DNA of 64,000 bases from Haliotis rufescens (lineage: Eukaryota). This document shows positions 1 to 12,701 of the stretch, piece after piece. Within the stretch, counting starts at the first letter, position 1. The number at the start of each line of letters is the position of its first letter. Below the pieces are notes generated by a model that searched no databases, had not been told where the DNA came from, and worked only from the letters and a program-made list of their open reading frames with translations. Location: positions 2,356,001 to 2,420,000 of the forward strand of contig NW_025964257.1 in NCBI RefSeq assembly GCF_023055435.1. Reading direction: 5' to 3'. The position numbers and the translations under genes are program-made.

Positions 1-246
1 TGGATGTTCCAGGTAAGTATGTTATGTGTATAGTTGATTAAACTACAGTGTTACCATCATTATGGGGACAAAGAGCGTAACCGGATACAGATGGATGTTC
101 CAGGTAAGTATGTTATGTGTATGTTTGGTTAAACTACAGTGTAACTATCATTATGGGGACAAAGAGCGTAACCGGATACAGATGGATGTTCCAGGTAAGT
201 ATGTTATGTGTATGTTTGGTTAAACTACAGTGTAACTATCAGTGTA
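1..246 (+). repeat. 91-bp tandem repeat (about 2.7 visible units) copying the 3' end of an upstream exon and its GTAAGT splice donor
   Basis: tggatgttccag|gtaagtatgttatgtg recurs at 1, 92 and 183; the exonic part reads ...CYHHYGDKERNRIQMDVP|gt (phase 1). Confidence 0.85.
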
Positions 247-537
247 AGTTTCACTGTGACATATACACATGCAGTAAATTTCAAACTGACATATTGATAG
301 AACTGGTTTCAAAGTGAGATATGCACGCAGTACGCTGCAGGGCATAATGTCTTATAATTTGCTTCCTTCCTCATGTATGCAGAGCTTAGATTGTAGTTCT
401 ACCAAGACACGCCATACGTCACAGTGGTAGGTACTTACGGATCACACAAACCGTGATACCTTCACTAGAACCACTTCATATGTAGACAGTGTCTCCAAAC
501 TACCGCCATATTCCATAAAGCTGTGTTATTATTCCAG

Positions 538-3500
538 TTCCTCTGAGCAGTGTTACCAAGGACCACTACATCTGTCTCCTGTGTCGCTGTCTCCAACCCA
601 CCGCCGTCCACGACGTTGTACAGAGACGGGATCAGTGTGGCCACCAGCCCAGCAGCAGTAGAGGGATACACTGGCTGGACAGCCACCATCAACTACCAGC
701 TGACAAGGCACCAGTAGGAACTCCCTGTACTACTGCCAGGCATCCAACAAACAGACTACTGTCAACTCTACCTATTCCTATCCGGAAAGTAAGCAATTTT
801 ATAAATGACAAAAACATAACCATAACCTCGCCAAAACATCATAAGTACACTGGATACATTGACTGATGCCGATGATATTGACACCAATACAAAGGACTGT
901 ATGATATTTTGTTATATAATGTATTTTCATATTAACTGCATCGTTGAATTCACTTTCTATGCAGTTGCTGTCAGCAGTGTGTCTCTAACAACCATCACAT
1001 CCGCCAACCAGGAAGTTGGATCTGCTGAGGGTCAACCGCTGACCTTGACCTGTGTGACCTCGGCCAGTTACCCTGCTGCTACTGTCACGTGGTACAAGAA
1101 CAGTGTTGAGGTAACAGTGGGGATCTCCAGTAGCAACACCGTCACATCTGGAGTGGCTGTCCAGGCAACCAGTGCCGTGACCTTCACCTCTGTGGTGAGG
1201 TCAGACCTGGGTCACACAGTCTACTGTAGAGCCACCAACATCCACACCCCCTCCCTAGTACAGTCTGACAGTGAACAATGAAAACTTGACAAACTGAACC
1301 GTCAAGTTCAAATGGAAATTGCATGGTGCACTGTAAAGACAAGTTATGTTAGAAGATATTTGTAACTATTGAAAGAACCAAAATATTTGACACTCGTCAA
1401 ACCGACGAATATGGTATTGCACAACTGTTTGAACAACACAACATTGTAGTTATACACATGATATTACTATATTGCAGACGGACCAGAACAAGTTGGTTTT
1501 ACACAGTCAGACAACGCTGTAGCTTTCGAGAAAAGAAACCTGACCTTGACTTGTACTACCACTGCTTATCCCAACCTGACCTTCACCTGGGACTACAGTG
1601 ATGGAACCCCTGTAGGTGGCAGCACGGGGCCTGTGGCAGGATCTTCGACCCGGTGGTCCCAAACTCTCACCTTCAGGCCAAATAAAGACAAGACTGCTGT
1701 GAGGTGTAAGGTCAGAAACACCAGTACATCAGCAACTCAGGCTGGTTTTGCGTCTCTGGAAGTCAAGTGTGCGTTTTCAAAAGTGTTGCCAATATATTAA
1801 TAGAGTTTCAGATTTGCATTTAAAGTACATTTGAATGTTTTAGATCATAGATAAATATAGGGGGACAGCAGAGTGATACATAAAGAGGCTATTATCACTG
1901 ACTCTTACATGGACGGTGGATACTGTTCGACGAAAGGACTTGTTTTGCAAACTTATCATGGTTGTTTCAGACCCACCACCTGTCCCTCCTTCCATCACAA
2001 AGTTTCAGACTCTGATGTTTGAAGGAGACCAAGAGACAATCATCTGCTCGGTGACAGGAGGAAATCCTCTAGCTACTATCACGTGGTCCTGTCCAGGCAC
2101 TGGATCAGCATCGGTCAGTGACAGTGGTCAGACCAGGACATCTACCCTCTCCTTCACTGTCAGCAGGAGTCAGAACGGTCAGCAGTGTCAGTGTCTGGGG
2201 GCGTGGCAGTATGGGGGATACAACCAATCTGATGTCAGGACCTTCAGTGTCAGTTGTGAGTATCTCAAACTGTTTCTGGAGGGATTGATGGGTACAATTG
2301 GTAACTCCACATCATTCGGTTAAGAATGGAGTATAAAGCCTGTCTGATGTAAATGACACCTCCTTTGTCACACGGACAAAATACAAAACTATGTATTCAG
2401 TAAACATGAAGTCAATACTTTTTTCATGTGATACTCATTTTATACTGCAGGTCCCACAAACCCACAACCACTCAATGCCGAATATAACATGGCAGGTGTA
2501 ATAGCAGGAAGCACAATAGGAACCCTCCTTCTTACCTTGCTGATTGGAGGACTAGTTCTGATTGTCCTCTATAGGAAGGGGTTCAGGTTTGGGAACGTCT
2601 TGAAAGGTATGTTGTTGAATTTCATTTTGGTGCTGCGATATCTCATTTGAATGTGCCGTCAAAAGATATACATGAATGATATGCGTTAAAGTAAAAGTTA
2701 CCCAGGAATCTAAATCATCACTGACTCAGAATGAGCACATACAATTTAGGAATGTATATGAAATTCATAATAATATAAGAAATATGCACTACAGTTTATG
2801 TTCAGTCATTTACGTTTTACATTTCATATTTTCCATTTGCAACATGTTCCACATGTTCCGTCATTTGTAATGTTTGTATTACAGCATACTATAAAATGAA
2901 TCATCTTTTTTTCAGGATCTGCTTAACCAAAAAGGTATACACAATGTATGAATTAAACGTTTTTAAATAAGTTCTTTTGTAATAAGATAAATGTCCTTTA
3001 AAATCAGAAAAGAATCATATGTTGAAGATGTTCCTTTCCATTATACATTGCCATAAACGGACCTCATGTTACTTTTGTAGGATCAGACATCCCGAAATTG
3101 AAGAAATGGAAAACATTGGTTATTCATCCTTGGGTAGGTTGAAGTCAGCATTGCTGGTCGGAGGATTAGTTTGGTCACAAACATGCCTGTGCCGACTCCG
3201 CGCTGAAGCCGTATTAATCGTATTCTGATTTGTTGCAGATCAGATCAACAGTCAAACTCAGTACTCAAACATGGATAGAGAGGTGTCGGAAAAACAACAT
3301 TACACACAGTTGAAGATTTATGAAAATACAAACGGTAAATGGATAATTTGACGTTCTATATACAATAGCAGTTCTCACTCGTACACTCAGTGACGGCACT
3401 GCCCGATTATCGGCATGCGAGTAAACGTTTTGTTACGTTTAGACGAGTCTATGACATATAAGTTCTTTGGAAATGCGTTACCAATCATATTTTCAGTCGA

Positions 3501-3827
3501 GCTCAAAGCAGAAACAAGTACCTACGAAGACATGACAGAAGCTCCTCCGGTATCCTACGAGTCCATCGGAGCATCTCCATACCAAAACAGCGGCGCTCAA
3601 CCTCAAGGTAACCACTACTTAGAATATTTATGCCCCTGAAAAGAATGACAGCGTGCATAACATATTGTACACACGGTATGATTCAAGTTTTAAAGAATAC
3701 ACTTATATTTGCTACTGTGTCCTGATGTTTACCCTGTCATCGTTTGACTTTTGATTATCTTGAAATTATTTTCTGGATCTTAATTCCATGTGATGCGTTT
3801 TCAGATCCTGACTATGGAAACAAGTGA
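538..3827 (+). pseudogene. Gene A: IgSF type-I receptor (at least 4 Ig, TM, multi-Tyr tail), 5' end outside window, disabled
   Basis: Exons 538-788 (Ig; two frameshifts, TAG 715-717), 965-~1278 (Ig; 3' end and donor lost, TGA 1279-1281), 1478-1768 (Ig), 1971-2255 (Ig), 2451-2606 (TM, AGVIAGSTIGTLLLTLLIGGLVLIVLYRKG), 2916-2934 (19-nt microexon with in-frame TAA 2924-2926), 3081-3133, 3239-3334, 3497-3607, 3805-3827 (DYGNK*). Splice sites and phases match the paralogs. Confidence 0.8.
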
Positions 3828-4579
3828 ACAAGCTCTAGATGTGATGACATAAATGGATAAGAATACACATTGCGTGAACTGAAAATTCTGTTTAACTTTC
3901 ATAAAGTATTATTTATTTCAACATATGACTGTTATCTTCCAGTATTTACCGTTGTTATTTAACATATTATCTGCATTGCATTATATTAACACATAACACA
4001 AGATATTGTTGTATCCATAACACTTGCATGGGCTTTAGTGGCTGACACAACAAACTATCTGTCACTTAATTTGCTGCATTTTCTTTGTCACTTTTTCATA
4101 AGTTTGTTTTCAATGAGTGGATACATATACAATATTTATTATAGTATACTATAGTATAATACATATAACAATAACAAAGTTTGCCATTAGCTATAATTGT
4201 CCAAATAATGTTATGGTCTATATGTTAAATCAGTGTTCTGGTAATGCACGTCAGAAGTGATATGGCGGTCTGTATACATTTTATGCATTCTGTATCAATT
4301 CTCATTTTGCCTTACTTTTAAGGACACAATGGCCTGACTTAACGTTGTATATGATTAATTATCGCATTTTATTACCAACGTTTTTACTTACTACTGGTTA
4401 TAAAGAGGTACGTCGTTCGTTGTCTTGTTTGTTTGGGATCCAATTCTCATAGGAAATAAAAACTGATTCACACTAAATAAATGTGGTTTTCATTGATGTT
4501 TTTCATTCACTGTTGTAAATAAAACCAATAACTTTTTTTTCATAGAAGGCTACTGTACGATTCCGAGTATATCATAAGC

Positions 4580-5510
4580 ATGTGTGAATTAATCACCATG
4601 AAATAGCGATAATACCTGGTGTTTGACACAATTGACCCATATCCTGCAACGCCAGTTGCACCCATCGTGAAGAGAATTAATTGACTTTGTATTTCATGTA
4701 TAACACCTTATTCTATGTTTACTTCATATCAATTTCTGCTGCATTGCTTGATTGTGATGATAAAATTTCTTTAAAATGTCTTCTCTCCGTTGCACAGTCA
4801 TACACGCCACCGGACATCCTTTAATATATGAATCAATCAAGAATTCTGAATATTCATTTACAACCTCAAATAAACTGCTGTATATTGCCGTAAAAAACAA
4901 CTTGGTTTCAAAATGTCAGTTTGATGATCCCATGCTTGTGGGCATTAGGGTTTCCAAGAAAGATATTTAACCCTGATCCCAAAGTGAAGAGGTTTTCAGC
5001 AAGAGAACACTTAAAATAATGTCCAGGACACTGACAACCTTTAGTGATCTCATGGTTTTGTCAGATTGTATCATACATGTTCGTCATATAATAAAGTTCT
5101 CAATAGTTTCAAAACATCGGTTAGTGTATACATAGTGAGAATAATGTTAAACGAATAGCTATGAGAGGAGACAGAATATTACAACTGTATAATCTGCCCT
5201 TTATCTATTCAGTCTCTTGACTGTCATGTTGACTGTGATAGTGAAGCCATTTTTGCTCGTGTAGTTGCTCTGAACACGGACGATTCACCTGTATGGGCTT
5301 TTTGTAGGCCGAGGTCAGTGACGCGGAACCGGTTAAATCGCGTTTTGTATTGGTCTTGGCATGTGCACAGACAGGGCAATGTGAAGAGTATTCAAGTCAG
5401 CAAAGGGACGGCTGGTGGTTGGGGCAGGATCAAATAACACAGGATTGTGAATTCAAACAGTCGGAATGGCATTCGTTTGGCTGCCTCCTCCTGTGTAAAG
5501 TATAGTGGCT
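4580..5510 (-). pseudogene. Degenerate duplicated block (copy 1 of 3) with residual minus-strand coding-like frame
   Basis: Aligns by eye with ~24570-25380 and ~42700-43640 (e.g. ttatctattcagtctcttga.tgtcatgttgactgtgatagtgaa); minus strand gives YFTQEEAAKRMP...LNTLHIALSVHMPRPIQNAI with stops and frameshifts. Confidence 0.55.
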
Positions 5511-5795
5511 GAATATTGCAATCTAAGGCAGGTGTATTGCAACAAACATACACTTACTTTTTCATGAACAAATATGTGTGAGTGGCGGGTTCTACCGGAA
5601 GAGCAGGATATGCTTATTCTCTTCACGAACACCTGGTGTCATGACAAACGATTATAGGTTTCAGGCTCGCAGAATAATTTATTAAGTAAAGCAACAAAAC
5701 CCTTTTTTATCCAATAGAAATATCTGCATAAAGGTTAATGCTCAGTCATTAAACTTAGATATGCACTTAGCTAGCATGAAACGAGAAATGCAGAG

Positions 5796-6995
5796 TTGAA
5801 TCATAAACTTTACATACAGTCGGTGAAGAGTTTAGAACTAGAAGATGCATTAGACAAGAGTGAGAGTTATTCACGTTACCACCTAGATATGACTGAACAT
5901 CAAGTTGACAGGCTACGTTCACGCCAGTCTCCTGTCCAAATCATTGCAAAGTTCGAATCCAGGGATGACAAAGATGCAGTATTTGCACAGGGCACACCTA
6001 CACTTGTGATGCAACCCAAATAAACAATGGATGCCCCACCCTTAGCTGGATTGTAAACAGACTTTAAAACAAGTAAGCTTTATTGGCTTCACCAGTTTCC
6101 TTTCGAGTATTGATATATTTTACCTGTTGGAAACATGGGGTTAAAGCATAAAGGATTTTGCACACATATTTAGCAAATATTATTTTTTCCAGTCGATTCG
6201 CAAAAAAGACAAAGAAATATGGCTGCTGTAGTTGAGGTCTCGCAGTTTAAATTAAATGTGACCTGTGTAAGTTATTTTCACGGGTCCATATAGAGTGGCC
6301 GGACACTATTAGTGTATCAAATATTGGATACGTGTTTTATCTATGCCCATATACAGACATCTGCACCAGTGTTATGAAATGCTGTATGATACCTGTGACA
6401 GGAAAAATTTAAATTGAGTATCTCATATTAGCAACCCAGGGTGTTGGAAATGAAGAGAAATGTATCTTTGTCCCGCAACAACGTATACTTGACTGTGCTT
6501 AACAAAACTGGCATTCACTTCTCACAGATAAACGATACCTTGTATTTTATTCAAACATGAAATCAGAACTTCAGTTTGAATCGTATGTCCAAAATATTAA
6601 TGTACTGAATTAAAATTTAGAAGTGCATATGATACCTTTGGTGTTCTAAACGTACGTAAAGGTAATGTAGGAGATGCAGACTCTCTCTGCTCGCACTGTA
6701 ATTGTCTCGAAGATGAACAGCACGTTTGTCTTGAGTGTCCTCTGCACACCGATGCACGTACTCATTACAAAGTCTTAACAAACAACCGAGCCCACTGTAC
6801 GATGCTAATATTTTATTGTAAAATATTTGAGAATATTTTTCATCTGTCAAACTATATGTATATTGTATTTAGAAATAGAAGGGAAATGTGATGTTATCCC
6901 AAACCATGGTGCATGTGCAATGTAATATACCTGTATGATATATATGTATGTAATATGAGTCATATGGCCTTGAAAAACAATAAACCGATTGATTA
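5796..6995 (+). mobile_element. Degenerate LINE (CR1/L2-like) fragments
   Basis: ORF1-like peptide DRLRSRQSPVQIIAKFESRDDKDAVF (5796-6023); ORF2 C-terminal CCHC-like CSHCNCLEDEQHVCLECPLH (~6687-6750); ends ...aataaaccgattgatt. Confidence 0.6.
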
Positions 6996-9900
6996 ACTGA
7001 TACATTCACATCCGGAAAAAAACAACCCGTATTCAATAACAGACCGGATCTTCATCCGCAGTCACTGTGGTCGACAAATGATACTATTGTAGTGTTACCT
7101 ATTCACTCAAGCTGCAACGCGAATGTGGTCTCAATGTTTACTCGGGTGTATTTATAAACCAGGAAGTAAATATCACATTATGAGGGGTGGCCAGCTGTCA
7201 ACCCAGGTATAGGAGAACGTATTCAAGGAGGGACAGCCCTGCCACAAAGGTGAGACAATATATTGGGTCATGCTTCAAACACACACATTTTCAGATAGTT
7301 TAACCAGCGTTTAACAAAATCTAGACTAATTTGCTTGTGTACGTTTAGCAGCATGGATTCCTAGCTTCCCATAGGCAACTACTTATATTGATATTCAACA
7401 CGCCTTACAGCACAGATAATAAGGTGCTATATATAACTAATGCTGATCTGTCATTTGAGTCAATAACTCCACTGGGAGATCAGTAAGGACGATGTAATCC
7501 GAGACTCAGGGGTAAAGTTTAAGACGACAGCAGTCAATGTTTTTGTTGTAGTTTGAAATAGGTTGAAATGGTACAAAGTTACAGTAATCACGTGACAGAA
7601 ATCACACTGGGTCCGATTGAACAATGTTCCAGGTGCGGAGACCCGCTCTGTCCTTACTACAAGTTGACGTTTTTGGTGGTGGTGCAGGCGGCCGCAGCCA
7701 ACGCCGGGTCTAGCCGTGCAAGCTGTCCGCCCCTGTGTGACCCATGTACATATAGATATGTAAGATCCGGAGACCTAGGGAGGTGTTAACTGACAGTAAT
7801 AAATCACGCTTTGGATTAAGGGTTTTGGAGGCGATGTGCTGAATATTTGCTGTGTACATTAAATAGACAAACGAGATGGAATGTCGGTGCACTTTGGAAA
7901 CAAATACTGAAGCAATTAGGTAATCATTTAGGTATGTTTGATCAATGAAATATTAAAGAAACCTATGGTTTCCACAATGACAAATACATCAAATGGATTT
8001 CCCTTTCGTATATGCCAACTTACTTCATGATCAGCTACTCATACACTTGATCCGTTCAGCAATATTCAGATGCATGGATATCATTAGGAACGTTCATCTT
8101 TCACAAAGGACACCAGATTGAAAAACTATATATGCACATATTTCATCAAGTAAAAGAAACTAGCCACACTTCTCTTAATTCAAGGTTATACACTTATTGA
8201 GTTTTAGTGTTTTAAACCCGCTTTCAACAGAAGTTCAGTTATATCAGGGCATGTCAGCTCACAGTGTAAAGATCCGACGTGACGTAGATATCACACTGTA
8301 CCACTTAAACACCACGAGCACAGGCATGGTTCTGAGAAAACAAAAGTCCTAATGCGAATGAATTTTGGATTCGAACGTGTCATTAAAGGATGGAGACATG
8401 CTCACTTTATACTTTCACAACTTGAAGATATCTGCCACTTAAAGAAGTTATGAAGAAAAATTTAAAACAAAATTATTCATTCATACAAACATGCAACTTC
8501 ACTATTCTTACAAGGCACAGGTAAGAACCCTATCAGATTATAACTAAATGTGTAAGTCTCGAGATGGAAATGTGTACTATTCTTTAGCAAAAAAATATTA
8601 CCTTTTCAGAACACTCCTATCAATGGCGTCCCTTCCTAACGCGGCAACGATTTTGCTTGCAGTTAGCTTCATGAAAGGTATGTCAGGCTTAACATTAAAT
8701 GACCCACTGCACATGTATTATCAATTAAAATTGTTTTGGAACCCAACTTGCATTCTCTCCAGAGTAAAAGTCTTATGTGAGAGTGTTCCGTGTTTCCGTG
8801 TTTAGCTCCAGATGTTGATGGGGCAGTGACAGTATCCGGGTCAGGAGGTACAGGGATACCCAACCAGCAGGCTCTGACACTAAGATGCAGCTACACTGTG
8901 ACATCAGGGGATGTTGTTACTTCATTCGCATGGAGGAGGCTGGAGGGCAACTCTCCGCAGTGAACATAGTCTCAGGTTCAGTGACTCCCCAGAGAGCTGT
9001 GTTCTGGGACTCCTGGGGGAACAAGGGCGTGTTTGTTGGTGACTACACCTCCTCCCTGGACATCCAGCTGCATGCCAGTCACGTGACATCCAGCTATGCC
9101 GGGACATACAGTTGTCAAGTGAGTGGACTGTCAGGTTCTGGACGAGTGGATGTCACTGCCTCTGTGTTGGGTAAGTATATGATGGACATTATTATGGATA
9201 GAAGGGGCAAGGTTGACCTCCAGGATTACATGGACCATATGCATAGATGTCATTGCCTCTGCTGTGGTGTATGTATGTTATTATTATGTGTGTGTGTGTG
9301 CGTGTGTGCGTGTGTGTGCATTGGTATTATAACAGAAACATTGTTGGGGCCATTTGCCACATTTATCACAAATCAAAAGGTGCAATTTATGTCTTTAAGT
9401 AGCATGTTATGTGTACACAGTTATCATTGTGTAAGTGCAAGAACTGTTTAATTGTTGTGGGAACTGAAGGAGCTGTATTCATATGAGACACGACATGTGA
9501 AATGAATATTGAAACAAACAGGTGTCCCATCAATATCTGGTCTGCCGTCCATCTACCGAGTGATCGAGTCATCCCGTCTCAATGTGGACTGTAGTACCTA
9601 CACCACACCAGGCAACCCTCCAACAACAAGCTACACCTGGACCTATGGTTCTACTGTCAGTGCTGGGGCTGTACTTGATAGAAGCAGAATCAGCAGGAGT
9701 CAGGGAGGAAACTACACCTGTACTGCCAGCAACACTCAGGGGTCAGACTCGGCCTCAGTCAATGTGGATGTACAGTGTGAGTAATTGCAAAATCTTCTCC
9801 AAAATGTAATTTATTATGATATTATACTAATGAATACAATTATTATCATTATTGTATAATTTGTATTTTGAACAAATCATGCCATAACAGTTTACATAAC

Positions 9901-10744
9901 AGAGTGTTAGGAGTCATGTATGATTTACTGTAGAATAACAAGTGAATTTACATGTATTTTGCTAAAACAGCAGTCATTTTAATATCGCTTATGGATTTGT
10001 AATTTCCACCTTTCAGATGTTCCTTCTATATCCGGACTACCACCAGTTCAGACTGTCACAGAGTTCTCTAATCTAAGGATAGACTGTAGTACCTACACCA
10101 CACCAGGCAACCATCCAACAACAAGCTACACCTGGACCTATGGTGGTTCTACTGTCAGTACTGTGGCGGTACTTGATAGAAGCAGAATCAGCAGGAGTCA
10201 GGGAGGAAGCTACACCTCTACTGCCAGCAACAGTCTGACACCAAGTGGGGGATCTCAACAACAGGGGACAGCAACAGCACAGGTCAATGTGGACGTTCAA
10301 TGTGAGTCACGGATTTGCATGTGAATTTGTTACAGACAGACTCATGGGATACCAAATCCACATTTCGTATTTTGTTTCAAAGGATTATGATCCGTCTGTG
10401 ACCTAGTTTGACAGTATCTCTGTTTAAATCAGAAGCCGAGGAAACAGTATTTGTAGTTGTGTAACAATATGACAGTTACAATATCTAGGTTATCATGGCT
10501 ACCAATAGCAGGTAAAATACATGTATAACAATCGTGTTTACTATGTAAATGCAGACAATTCACTCATTCACAATCCAAATTACTCACAAGTCTCTTCACG
10601 GGCGGAAGAACTCTCAACCATGTATGGTGACATGCTGTATGCTATGGTGCCTAACAAACTGTCAAGCACTTTTAAATTGTCCTAAGACAACTCAGAATTA
10701 CCGCACTAGGATAACAACAGTTTCTGTGTGTTCTTGCTACCATA

Positions 10745-11038
10745 GGGGGCACGGGTGGCCCAGTCGTCTAAGGCGCCGCGATTTGCTGTGCAGAGTTGCG
10801 TCCCTTGGGCGCGCCAGAAACCTATGATTGTGGGTTCGAATCCCGGTTCGCCCCGATTATGTTTCTAGGTTTGTCAGCACCATACCCATGCTCGTGGGTT
10901 TCACCAAAGTGGTAAACGTCTAAGACCTGCATCACTTCGGGCTTTCCTCCCGCATTAAGCTGACACGCCGTGATTTAACTGGAATACTGTTAAAAGCAGC
11001 GTTAAACCCAACTCACTCACTCACTCACTCACTCACTC
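10745..11038 (+). mobile_element. tRNA-derived SINE, family 1 (~290 bp, (CACT)n tail)
   Basis: Pol III A box (tggcccagtcgtctaagg) and B box (ggttcgaatcc); tail ttaaacccaactcactcac; homologous to 48828-49106 and 62456-62728. Confidence 0.85.
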
Positions 11039-12701
11039 TTGCAACCATATGCACTGTTGTCTTTGACAAACTCCAAAAACACTCTCTTCAAAAAGAAGAA
11101 AGGCAAAGCCAGATTTGTTAGAGATAGGAAAATACATTTATACGGTACAAGGTATTGAGCCAAAATGTTGTGGAGAGAACACTTGGTGATTGTGGTCGGT
11201 ACATAGGAAATTCCAAGGACAGTCAGCTACCATCAATAAGGCAGATGTCCCCCGTTGGAATCGATGGCGGCCTGGCATCCTTCTGCCCATGGAAGAGATG
11301 GATTGCATGTCTTTGTTGTGATCATTTTGATCCGGGAAATTTGTCACTGATACATTTACATATTAAACATTTAAAAACAATAGTGATGGTTTACTCATAT
11401 AGAAAGATTGTATGTAGAATTATTCTTTCTTATGGAAATTTGTTTGATGTCAAGTACAAAGATGTTCCTGTATTGCAATTTGAGCATATATATGCTTATG
11501 TTACCTCTCCTTTTGATTAAATAGTTTATTCCGCGTTATAGTTGGTTGTTGTATGGCTGTCAGTGTAAACATGAAGTCACAGGTACTAAATGAAATTGTG
11601 TAATACATCCCTCTAGGTATGAAATAGTCATATACAAATCTAAACTAGCGCTAGTATTGTGGTAAAAAAGTCCGTTGGGGAAGTTCGTTTCATAAAACCA
11701 GAGATAGACAGATTAACATGTTAGAAATGTGTAGTACATTATCAGTGTCTTTTTCAAAATCCTAAAAGGGTATCTGTGGATATGCTACATTTAGTTTCTT
11801 GCGGCTTTTCTAGGGTACAATAGTACAAGGACATTCATATCCATATGCACTACTCAACACTTAAATGTGGAAGTGCATGTGTTGAATTCAGTTATGGAAC
11901 TCTTGTTTCTTTTCATACTAATCCATACACATGTCCACTCCAATGTAGAGACTATACCCTACATGTCAATACTGTAATGGGTTATATTTTCAGATCAGGC
12001 CAGTATAAGTATGTTTACTGCCAACTCACTCAGCGGCATATTGACAGTGAACGAGTCTGATCCGGTGACCTTGAGATGCCAGATTGATAGTAACCCAAGG
12101 TCAATCATCAGATTACTGAATGGAACTGAGGAGTTGACAAGGGCAGATAACTCCATGACAGCAGAATATAGACTGGAGTCAGCAGACTGTAGACAAAGAG
12201 GGAACTACTCCTGTACTGCCACTAACAGCATTGGGTCAGCCAGAGGGTGGAGTTGCTAGTCAAATGTGAGTAATCACTCAGCAGATCCGGTGTACTCACT
12301 GTAGAGTTGTAATTATTGCCATTTACTAACTCTTGCAGGCTGTTATTGAAAACAAATGTATTGGCTGTGTTAGGCTTGTATATTGTGTTCCCTTTTGTCC
12401 AATGTTAATTCTGCCTTGCATAAAAAACAAATATCATTACTGGCATATTCAACTAAAAAGGTCAAACTCTCGTTTAAATGGATACAAAAATGCAAAAGAA
12501 GATAATCTTGGAACTAAGGGATTATGCTCCGCCCAGTTGTCGAGCAAAGAAGGTCTGATTCAAGTCATTCATAACTCACAATTTGTTTGGTCTTCTTACT
12601 GATATGTTATAATGCATACTATTCTAAGTACACAATGTATCTATTTGACACTGATACATCGTCTTTGTCTAAACGTGATATTCACGTGTTGCAACTATGA
12701 C

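Noticed and set aside
10745-10860. tRNA-like sequences (also 18819, 22713, 48828, 62456)
   Set aside because: They continue into shared SINE bodies with (CACT)n tails and target-site duplications, so they are SINE heads rather than tRNA genes.
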